A stretch of 64,000 nt of DNA from Botryllus schlosseri (lineage: Eukaryota). Of this stretch, positions 54,101 through 64,000 are shown in pieces. The position numbers were made by a program, and so were the translations under genes. The stretch's first letter is position 1, and each line of letters starts with the position of its first letter. The stretch is taken from positions 27,716,001 to 27,780,000 of the forward strand of contig CM119372.1 of assembly GCA_051294905.1 (NCBI GenBank), in the 5' to 3' direction. The notes below the pieces were generated by a model. It was not told the DNA's origin. It made no database searches and saw only the letters and a program-made list of their open reading frames with translations.

Positions 54101-55010
54101 GTTGCGATATTTTTGCATCGGGTTGCTTTGCGATAGGTATGGATGTACGTGAATTTACAAGCGGTATGTAATCCTGATTTACAGGGACAGCATGTAGGTA
54201 GGTAGGCGGTAAAATGACAGTCTCGATCGCAAATGTACAGGAGAACATGTAGATTAGATATACCGGAGGTGACTGTAACATTACAGTCTGCCGTGTAAAG
54301 TGAGATTACCGGACGAGTGTAACTTCAATTTACATTGACTAACGGTAATGTTAGATTACCACGAAATGTCTGGCTACCGTGCTTCCAAACATTTCGCGGT
54401 AAATCGAGGTTTTTATTTTTTACAGTGCATATCTCCTGCTATTATGATGTTGCCGCTTTCCGTTCCTATTTGGGGGTTGGAAATTCGTTTTTCAGAGTTG
54501 AACAGTCGACGCATCGGTGTCCAGGTTCTCTAAATTCTATGCATACTGTGACACTAAGGCAGTTTCGTGCTATGTCCCTTTTCAGACAGTGATTTCACTC
54601 CGGGGAGACCTTAAAGGAGAGGCCACGAAGGTGTAGAAAGGGAGGGAGTTTTCCTTGTTGATAGTTATTGATAAGAACTCGTCTGTAGCCATTTTGAACT
54701 CTAGTTCCTCTGTGCAATATACGAATTATTTTTAACATTTTTCAGCATCCAAGTTTCTCCAGCTCCTGCTTGATTTCTGCATCAGTTGTCTCAGTTGGCA
54801 CCGCACGGATATTTATAATTTTTAACGGCTCTTGCGCATTTCCAATGAGTATTCGTCCGTTTTCTGTTGGTATTCCATTTCTTGTTTGTTGTATAATTCC
54901 TTCTTTTAGCCTATTTGTTGAGTCACTGGTGATTCGTAAATTGTTATGTTGTAAGTTGTTGCGCCGATTTGGTATATTGATTCAATGTTGTCTTTTAATT
55001 CTTTTATCCC
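51150..55010 (-). mobile_element. Decayed Tx1/L1-like LINE (ORF1, endonuclease, start of RT), interrupted at 52376-54427
   Basis: Fragments IINIRAVPTETTDAEIKQELEKLG (ORF1-like), NIIIAGD and RRIDGIYVS (APE), GRGTWRNN, WWDELNNKMK, EKPTHQFY, PGPDGISIEFYK, WRPISLAHSDYKLQTKILANRI. Confidence 0.85.
52376..54427. mobile_element. CACTG-terminated (EnSpm/CMC-like) non-autonomous element
   Basis: Perfect 13-bp TIR CACTGTAAAAAAT, 2-bp TSD CA, TTAC/GTAA subterminal repeats. Removing it rejoins the LINE endonuclease frame (IIAGD-MVTDKID). Confidence 0.88.
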
Positions 55011-55991
55011 TTCAAAGTTCCAGATGGCATTGTATATTACTCCTATATTTGTCTCTTCTTGTGTGTTTGCGTCAAGTGACCTCGCTCGGTCCTTGTGAGT
55101 GTATTGGCCATGTCCTGCCTACGGAGTATGAGTCCGAGAAGCTTACAGTCATCGTTGAGAAGGAGTTCTTGTCGTCCTCTATTATTTATTTTGAGTTCGT
55201 AGTCCAGACCAGTGGTTCTCAACCTTTTTCGGTGAAATTTCAAAAAATATTCAGCGGACTGGTGAACTTTCAAAAATCGAAATCAACTCAGAACGTGAAG
55301 TATACAACTGTTTTATGCAAGTATATGATGCTAGAGAGTGACATTTTAGGGGTTTGATCGTGAATAAAGATGATCATGATGGCAACCATCTCAATATACC
55401 GTAGTTGGTCTGCTGAGTCGAGGTAAAATTGCCCATGCAGCCAAACTAAATGACCTAGTGCCGGGAGTCGTATATAGTCTTTCGCTTCAAAGGTCATAGA
55501 TTTAACCGACCGCGTTAACTCGAAAATTAATATTCTTTTCGACAATATCGAGAGAACAAGCGCTTCGGAGTCGAACCAAACACCTTGTCGTGCTACCTTG
55601 CTCATTGCCCACTACCACCAGCCGTACGTTACTGGCTATACTATGAATTGGGAATGGTGAGAACGCGAGGTTCACGTTCGCGTTCTGTGGGCGACGTTCA
55701 CAAACGAATCTTCGTAGGTTCTGGGCTGTGAACCTTTTTCATATATTACAATTTTTCATATCATAACATCATTGGTTGAAATTCTTTGCTTTTCAACTTC
55801 GGGCCACTATGCATGTAGGTGGTCAGCGAATCATCCTTCTTATTCCACCAATCAATGAAGGTGATATGAAGAATACATCTCTGTCTACTGTAAAAAATCT
55901 AACAGGCGTATGGGATCGATCATTATTTTACATGTTTATTGTATCATAAAAACCAAATCCGTGTGACCGGGGTGTTGGCTACTGTATAACG

Positions 55992-56847
55992 CAGGGGCGG
56001 GCAACATACGGCCCGCGGGCCGGATCCGGCCGGCGGACAGTTTTTCGTCTTACATGATATTATGCCCCGCGGCTTCAGTCTGCCGAGATCCCCCAGTACT
56101 TGGTTTCTACGTCAAATTTTAGTGACTGTATGTTAATATATACGTGTATGCGCACATTGCGCAGCGTTGCGATAGTGGAGCTTACGCGTAAGTTCGTCTA
56201 AGCGAGAAGACTTGCATTATCGGCATTTGCGATGCACTCAACCCTAATGTCGTCTGTGGTAATCATGATTTTTGTCGACTACAATGGTCAATTACACCAG
56301 GCTGATATGTCTTATTTTTGATTCCGTAACCGCCGACTTGTAGCACGGCACACTTCTATGCTTTTGTAAGGCCCCCTTTATGCCAGCGGTCGCCAACTCA
56401 AAATGGGTCGCAGGTCACTTTTCAAATTTCGTAGAGGACGCCGGGTACATGAATTCAATATCGAGATTAATGAGGCCACACAGTTGAACAACGGCGCTAT
56501 CTCGTTACCTAGTCAATCCTAATGAATTGATATCTTTGGTAAAGTAGGCTTACCGGGCTTATGGAACGCCTTAAAATCTTAATTAGGGATTGCACCGTGT
56601 GTTGATTGATCAGGAAGAAGCAGACATGGCGGCGTCTGTATGACAATGTTATTCTCAAATTCGCCATTATCGGCGAGAAATGGCTTTGAAGTGACATTGC
56701 TGTCGTTAAAATACATTCATTAAATACGATTTATTCCTTGTATTTGTGGATAAATGGGCGAATAATGTATCGATTCAGCAATCCGGCCCGCCAAGCACTC
56801 AATTTTCCTATATCCGGCCCGCCGACTGGAGAAGTTGCCCGCCCCTG
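55992..56847 (+). mobile_element. hAT MITE, CAGGGGCGGGCAAC family
   Basis: Perfect TIRs and TSD GTATAACG. Confidence 0.95.
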
Positions 56848-57355
56848 GTATAACGTGTTAACGGAGTAATATCGGATGCAAGTATACATTCCCGTTTTAC
56901 ACTTAGCTCAATATCAATATATCAATAGTCAGACGTGCCAGACATTGTCCGGTCTGGCACAGATCGTTTAGGCGTAAGATTGTATTCCCTTGCAAGACCT
57001 CGTCGAAATTGTTGACAAAGCGACGGAAGATATTGATTTTATGGGATTTATATCAGTTGATTGCTCCAGATGATACATTCGGTGACTTTTAAAATGTTAG
57101 CATGTACTTCAGCATTGTGGCATAATGTGGCCTCAGTCATCGCTGTACATTAATCTATCACTTCACTGAAATATTTGTAAGGTTGGAATTTGCCATTTGA
57201 CGTCCCGTAACGCCATAGGTACACGATCGCGTTCACACAAAACTTTTAAAAAAGATACACGTTCACACGAACCTGAACCTATTAGAGGTTCATACGATCC
57301 CTACCATGAATACAATGCGCCGCACGAAAAAACTGACTACAGCTATACCTGGCCA

Positions 57356-59719
57356 CATAGGCGCCGAGTTACGGGGTGGCGGGGTGGCGCAGCCACCCCA
57401 TGACATAATTATGGGGTGGCGGCCACCCCATACAAAAACGCCCGCCGTCTGTGCTGTTAATTATCGAGTCTGTGATTATCGCGTAACTGCCAACTATTTA
57501 CTATTAACCGATACGCGCGCGACTAATTGTATACGCAGCTTAAACTAGTCCCTAAAGCGCCCCAATAAATTGTAATCGGTGATTAGTAATCATACAATCG
57601 AAGCGACCTCGTTTACGACGTCGATTTCGACACGCGTGCTCTGAGAAACAACAGCTTTCTCTACCGGACGAGCGAGTTCACGTTCTACTTCTCTCAATTA
57701 AATTGTATTTGCACGCATATTCGTTTACAAAATAATTCTTGAGTTAGTTTCGTGATAGTCTTTTTAATTGGATCGCGAAATAGGACAGTGTGTTTGTGTA
57801 TTCCTCCGAATTGAAAGTCATTCCTGCGCCAAGTTCCCATATTCAATTGCAAACAATTGTCGCGATGTCAGACTCAGCACTCCGTTGTGCCATACGCAAG
57901 TTGAGGAATTACTGATTAGATGCGCGCTTTCTCGTTTGCTATCATCTCTAGGCTACTAATTGTTGTCTACTCTATACACTCGTATTCCCTCGAAGACACT
58001 TATCAGTGTTTGATTGTTATTAATACTGCGCATTGTGCAGTGCACGACATTGAATTATGTTGTCAAATATTGATGCAACAAGAGATTCTCGGTGGCGGAT
58101 ATTCTGAATTTATTCGATTAGTTTGAGCGGGAACCTTCTAAGTTCCAATAAACTTCATTGCTGGACGGACTCTATCGGGCACAACCGTGTCGCGGATCGA
58201 ATTTCAAACCATCGGGATTTGTATTTCTATTGATAAGGTTGCGGCATGCGCCCATAATGCTCTTGCTGCAACCTGCAATAACACCCGGATAATTAAAATC
58301 GCACCATTTCACGATCAAAATCGATTGGCTGATCGGGACTTGCGTAGCCTGTAGGTTCCGGGCTGATATTAACCAGAACGTTGTCGGTATTAAAACCCTA
58401 GGTGCGTAGCCTGTGATTTTCTCATTTAAAACTAGAAATTCAGTCCTTTTGAAATGCCAATTCGCTAATTCGTATTATCGATACTGCGTACTGAAAATTA
58501 GCGAGAATCATTTGTATGCGAAATGGGTCATCGATGTCTCATTGGCACCATCGGCGGTGGTATGATTTAGCGCCTCCGCATGCAGTCCTACTACCGTCTG
58601 CAGAATCAATTTCGCCAAACAGTAACAATCTCTGAGTGCAATATTGTTTGTGTTTATGTATCTTTTTGATTTAAACTTATGCCCGTGTCAGAACAAATTG
58701 TGCTCGTTGCCATTTCCGAATCTGGGTATTTAGGTATGACTAGCGCACCCTGTAATTGTAATTATTGCAGGTTTGCGGCATGTCGGCAATTTCGTTATCA
58801 GCGCAACCGTGCCGGCCGATTGTACAGTCGGATAAAATTGATCACTACTATGTATTTCGCACAGCGTACCGATACTGATTTCAGCAAACTAACGATCCTT
58901 ATTAGATGTACAAATTCAACCTCATCGCTAGAACCGTAGATTTCATCGCGCGCTCTGAGAAACACCATCTCCTATCGTGATTTGACGACCAAATATTCGT
59001 TCACCTTCTACAAAGTAAAGTGCATTATTTGCATCGATGAGGGCCGCAAGCCGCGTTTAAAATATTTTGTGTACCATTTTTGTAATAAATATTCTCGTAG
59101 CGCAAAGTTAAACACTTGAACAGTGTTTTATTGTGTATGCCTGCTAGTTGGAATTTATTCCAGTGCCCAAAATATTAATCCAATTATGCTTTGTGAACGT
59201 AAATCGGGAAATGCAGCAATGCAGTCAAAATCGATGTTTTAATCAGCAACCGATTGTCGTGATGTGAGCTATACTCAATACTAAGTATAAACCCACTGCG
59301 TTGACGGTAAGGGATAATTACTGATTGGCCGCGCGCGTTTGTAATCATCATTCTTGCTTGTCTTTCGTGTTCCAGAATTGTTGTGCCGTATTACTGCTCA
59401 GTCCAGCGACGAATGCCGAGTGCGCGGCAATCCATGACCTACTTTCGCAATCATCTCAGCGGGAGATCGCGTCGCGTTACACTGCGCGATGCGATATGCA
59501 TGCACATTGCACAATGCACAATTGCACATGCACAGAATAATCTCGCTAATTGGCCCCGCGTGACACTGATAACACGGCTTGTTGAATTGCAACTGAATAT
59601 TAGCGTCAGAATGGTCATTTCATAAGGAAGGGGTTTTGCGTTTCAAAAGGTGGGGTTTCGACACCCCCTGGCTACGCGCCTGCCGCCACCCCATGCAAAA
59701 ATAAAAGTCGGCGCCTATG
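57356..59719. mobile_element. Non-autonomous hAT-type element (CATAGGCGCCGA TIR)
   Basis: 12-bp TIR, GGGGTGGC subterminal repeats, perfect TSD CCTGGCCA. Confidence 0.92.
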
Positions 59720-60913
59720 CCTGGCCATCCACAAAATCGGGGCCGATCGTCAGCCTAATTGCTCAAAAACGGTAGTCTTGCGCCCCACAAAGCGATATAC
59801 CAAACTTTTAGCAGGGGAGCATCGCCCCAAGACCCCACAGTTGGTTGTTTCCGCCAGAACTTGCGAACACATTCAATCTACTGAGTATAGGCAGATCGTT
59901 TTCTATAGGTAATTCATGACTGAATCGGTCAATAAAATTGTTAATTGCATATATATTGATGTAAATTTGTATACTATCAGATATCAGATTTTCCGCTAGA
60001 GTTGATTGGGTTGATTGGACAATTTAGGGCACGCAAGAAATAATAATTAAACATATTCGGGTAGGCCTGTTGGAATAATAACTTCATTGCATGTCAATAT
60101 TTCGTCACCTACTGTCTGTTATATTGTGACTAGATATTGAAATCACCCAAGCGTAGTAACCTAAAGAACGCACACTATTCCAAATTGGTATTTCTTCACC
60201 GGCAAATAATTTTACTCTGGCCTTTGTCATTTGTGCTGCAGGGCACAGATTGCCAGGACAGTGAGAGTAGGTGCCAACCATTATGGGGCCTATGGACAAT
60301 TATACATATATATATATTTGAAGAGCTTCTTGGAGGTACAGAACTTCAATATACAATTAAATAGTATATTCATATTGAAATGAACCCGAATATTTTCGGC
60401 TGACACTCGTCTGGGGTAATCGTCAGCAACTAGTAGAGAATTGGAAAGAACATTGTATATCAACAATCGTATCACAAAATATGACGTCACCAGCATGAAA
60501 TTTCGAATGAGAGAGCGTTCAATGTACTATTTTTAGGTGATACACGAACTCCTTTTGTTGACAGAGTTTTGGTTGGTGTATTTTGATAAAAGTTGATTCC
60601 AAGGCACACAAATGGAATTGTGAACGGCCTCAACCTACGATTCGAAATCGGTCGTCTCGATAATTATTCGCACAAATCGGATTACCCAACAGATATTTGC
60701 CGATGGCAGAATTAATGACTTTTGATCGATCAGCATCAATCTTAAGTGGATGAGTTAAGGGTGAGCTTTTCACATCGCGTGACGCACGTGTTCTGATAAA
60801 TCTGGGGACATGTTGGTTGATGCGGTCCTGCAGACGTCTTGACGTTCTTCCCACGTAGCCACAATCACAGTGGCACCTATATTCGTACACTACATTACTT
60901 TGTTGAAGTGTGA

Positions 60914-61678
60914 GTGTGCCTATGCCTGTGCCTATGCCTATGCCTATGCCTCGTGCATAGAGCGTTGATGATATGTTCGGGTAACAAACTGAGTTTAGAA
61001 CTTGACTACATCCGAAAAATCTTACTTGATAACGGTTACCCCGAACACGTCATCAGCCACGGCATGGAGAGGAAATTAACGCAATTCAACGCAGAAAAAC
61101 GAACAGAGCCCACCGCACGAACAATAAAAGATGTTTATATCCATCTACCTTGGATTGGGCCCATTTCCACCCGCTTTGAAAAACAATTGATTTCTGCTGT
61201 CGGTAAATGTTACGATACAGTCAAAACCAATGTGATTTTTACAACAACACAATTGCTCCCTTCAACACGCAAAGACGTGCTTCCTGCACTTCAACAAAGT
61301 AATGTAGTGTACGAATATAGGTTCCACTGTGATTGTGGCTACGTGGGAAGAACGTCAAGACGTCTGCAGGACCGCATAAACCAACATGTCCCCAGATTTA
61401 TCAGAACACGTGCGCCACGCGATGTGAAAAGCTCACCCTTAACTCATCCACTTAAGATTGATGCTGATCGATCAAAGGCCATTAATTCTGCCATCGGCAA
61501 ACATCTGTTGGATAATCCGATTTGTGCGAATAATTATCGAGACGACCGATTTCGAATCGTAGGTCGAGGCCGTTCACAATTCCATTTGTGTGCCTTGAAA
61601 TCAACTTTTATCAAAATACACCAACCAAAACTCTGTCAACAAAAGGAGTTCGTGTATCACCTAAAAATAGTACATTGA
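60914..61678 (+). CDS. Penelope-like RT C-terminal region plus GIY-YIG endonuclease (5'-truncated, homology starts ~60947)
   Basis: LVHRALMICS, ELDYIRKILLDNGYP, LPWIG, NVVYEYRFHCDCGYVGRTSRRLQDRINQH, SAIGKHL, HQPKLCQQ. Confidence 0.88.
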   Translation: MCLCLCLCLCLCLVHRALMICSGNKLSLELDYIRKILLDNGYPEHVISHGMERKLTQFNAEKRTEPTARTIKDVYIHLPWIGPISTRFEKQLISAVGKCYDTVKTNVIFTTTQLLPSTRKDVLPALQQSNVVYEYRFHCDCGYVGRTSRRLQDRINQHVPRFIRTRAPRDVKSSPLTHPLKIDADRSKAINSAIGKHLLDNPICANNYRDDRFRIVGRGRSQFHLCALKSTFIKIHQPKLCQQKEFVYHLKIVH

Positions 61679-61779
61679 ACGCTCTCTCATTCGAAATTTC
61701 ATGCTGGTGACGTCATATTTTGTGATACGATTGTTGATATACAATGTTCTTTCCAATTCTCTACTAGTTGCTGACGACT

Positions 61780-61813
61780 ACCCCTGACGAGTGTCAGCCG
61801 AAAATATTCGGGT
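61780..61813 (+). ncRNA. Minimal type I hammerhead ribozyme
   Basis: ACCC-CTGACGA-GTGTCAGCC-GAAA-ATAT-TC-GGGT, predicted cleavage after C61809. Confidence 0.78.
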
Positions 61814-62440
61814 TCATTTCAATATGAATATACTATTTAATTGTATATATATATATATATCGAGGCTATCGGTCAATACAGGGCAGTATTTTTCGGTCAA
61901 GGTTATCCCACCGGCGAGTTTATCGCACATTTTCCGGATTCCTATGTTAGCCTGAACTTCATTATGCAATGGTGCGTCCCTTCACAGAAGGAAATAATCG
62001 AAAACGAATGATCGCGCAAACTGCGCGGATTAGTGAGTAAGCTCGTATTAGTCCTTGCCGCTCATATTTCGTGAAATGGCACGGGTTGAACTTCAAGTCA
62101 AATCGAACATGCTCCCGGGCCTAAAATCTTACTTCACGACGATCTGAATGAGTTCAAAATTTGATATTTATTTTATTTTATCAATGGACAAGCCTTCAAC
62201 ATAATGCATCTTGAAATTTTGTTATTAAATTGCTAAATACCTCGCGGACCGGCTGGAAAGGCGTCGCGGACCGGCGGTTGAGAACCACCGGTCTAGACTA
62301 CATTTAGTCCATGTACGGTAAGACATTTTGTAATTCTTACTGCAATTGTCATTTATAGCCGGTCCTCTTCACGGTTCCCTGTTAGTCTTTCGACTCGGGT
62401 GGTTTTCGGGGATATTCTCTCCGACAGGCCCCTCTCTTAA

Positions 62441-62660
62441 GGCCCATTCGCACATGCACGGTTCCCGGCCACGATTTTTGCCGTGCGGTTTTCTATCGTA
62501 CGGTTAACAGGCCGTCTTGCCATGGGAATGTTCGTTCACACATGCACGATTCGTTCACGGCGGTCGTGGCTACGGCTATCGTACGGTCAATTTCTCCGTT
62601 ATTTTGCTGCCGTACGGAAAGTTGGATCAAACAAACTTTCCGTGGCTGTCGTTGCCGCCG
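62441..62660. mobile_element. Left end of a PIF/Harbinger-like element
   Basis: TAA followed by GGCCCATTCGCACATGCACGG with CACGG/CCGTG repeats. No matching right end found. Confidence 0.4.
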
Positions 62661-63384
62661 TGAGCTCAGTCGAAAGTGTGCTCCTATGGATTTAGCAGCT
62701 TGTCGAGATGAATGTATTGAATAATTATCATGCATGCCGGTATGATGGTACTGCTATGCAGTAGTAATCAGTCGTTTTGTTATGTATGCTCGCCTGTTGT
62801 GGTCATTCTATATTACTATGCGGATGTTATATGGGCTCCTCATCGCCGACCTCACTGCAACTTAAAAAGCCCAGTCGCAGAGGGCCGAGCTGTAGCCTAA
62901 GTCGGCAGCAAAAGAGACGATTATGAAGCGCGCGTGACAGAGTGCCTGAGAGAGTGCAAGAACATTAACGACACGAAGAAATAAATTCATTGTACTGTAC
63001 AAATTGTAATGCCGTGGAGCACAAAGTCATAAACAGGCTATAAGCACCACTGCACACATTATTGGGCACTGTGCACATTCTTCGGAAGGCCTTGAATGCA
63101 CCACTGGACTAAAATTACATTGTGAATCACAGCATAATTTCTGTAATTTCGATTCTTCATCTTCAATCATCTCTACCTCTGCTCTGTAACCCTTGCCAAT
63201 TCTTCATCTGCTGCAATTCTGTAATCTGACTTCTCCATGTATTCCATAGGAATAACAATTTGAATGTATTACTGAAATTTTAAAAATTTACTCCAATCTC
63301 GCCATTTTCCTGTGGGGGCAGGTTGCTTCCCGGATTATGTGTGTATTTACCAGTTTTACTGTGAATAAAGAATATAATAATGCA

Positions 63385-64000
63385 CCAATGCACCACATGC
63401 ATCACCCAAAATCTGATACACAAAGACTGTACAGTGTACATCCCCAGAAAAAAGGTGGTCGAGGACTACAATAAATTGAACAAACTTTCAAAACAGAAAT
63501 CATTGGCTTGTCACAGTACGTCAACAACAGCGATAACATTTATTGCAAACTCATTGCACAGGAAGACAAACAGCGCAAAACAAAGTCTCTGAGCTATCGT
63601 CACGACAAGCACGTCAGAGAAGTCAACATGGAAACAGCTAACCTGTACGCTGCTGAAAACACTATTGCCAAACCCACAACAATAGCAAAAGCAGCACGAG
63701 TTCGATACAAAAATGCAACGCTCAAAATAAGAGAAACGATATGGGAGTCAATGCCTCTTCATGGACAGTACAAAAAGTTAACTTCACAGTCCCATGTAGA
63801 CGAGCTTTCATGGACCTGGTTATCCAGCTCTGGTCTGAAACCGGCAAGCGAAGGATTTATTTTCGCAGCACAAGACCAATCGCTTCCTACAAAATACTAT
63901 CGCAAAAGAATTCTGAAGCAAAACACAGACGGCAAATGCAGAATGTGCCACAACCAAAATGAAACTGTGGCCCATCTCATGTCCGGCTGTGGTGCACTTG
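63385..64000 (+). mobile_element. R4/Dong-like non-LTR retrotransposon fragment (post-RT region to CCHC zinc knuckle), runs off the window
   Basis: HHPKSDTQRLY/IPRK.GGRGL, then from 63742 WESMPLHGQY...WLSSSGLKPASEGFIFAAQDQSLPTKYY...CRMCHNQNETVAHLMSGC. Confidence 0.85.

Larger units (their letters stand above)
60318..61848 (+). mobile_element. 5'-truncated Penelope-like retroelement with inverted 3' duplication
   Basis: 60349-60910 is a near-identical reverse complement of 61288-61848. Contains a GIY-YIG ORF and a hammerhead-bearing pLTR, and is flanked by TA repeats. Confidence 0.92.
55210..62290. mobile_element. Charlie/Buster-type element inflated by nested insertions
   Basis: CAGTGGTTCTCAACC / GGTTGAGAACCACCG with TSD GTCCAGAC/GTCTAGAC. 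Confidence 0.7.

Noticed and set aside
54770..55357. 195-aa hydrophobic ORF on the plus strand
   Set aside because: It is antisense to A-rich LINE ORF1 sequence and runs into a MITE.

Overview
Eukaryotic, AT-rich DNA that looks like an invertebrate animal genome (the taxon cannot be fixed from sequence alone). No intact host protein-coding gene, rRNA, bona fide tRNA gene or CRISPR array is supported. The window is a dense graveyard of nested transposons. It holds one near-complete hAT element (45503-50081, ZMYM1-like transposase split by one frameshift) and an internally deleted relative (7749-9696), a decayed Chapaev3-type element, and two CACT-terminated elements with 2-bp TSDs. There are also about 20 TIR/TSD-delimited MITEs, tRNA-derived SINEs, Tx1/L1-like and R4/Dong-like LINE remnants, and a Penelope-like element (GIY-YIG) in inverted configuration whose pseudo-LTRs carry minimal hammerhead ribozymes. 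The most unusual signals are (1) recurrent 7-bp-period TGNNCA-N arrays and TA-GGCC-TA scars that paralog comparison shows are insertions, probably transposon excision footprints, (2) a hexamer stutter at the Penelope inversion junction, (3) nesting up to five levels deep, and (4) a CACT element carrying decayed exon-like cargo. All coordinates and alignments were read by eye, and family names come from recalled motifs, not database searches.
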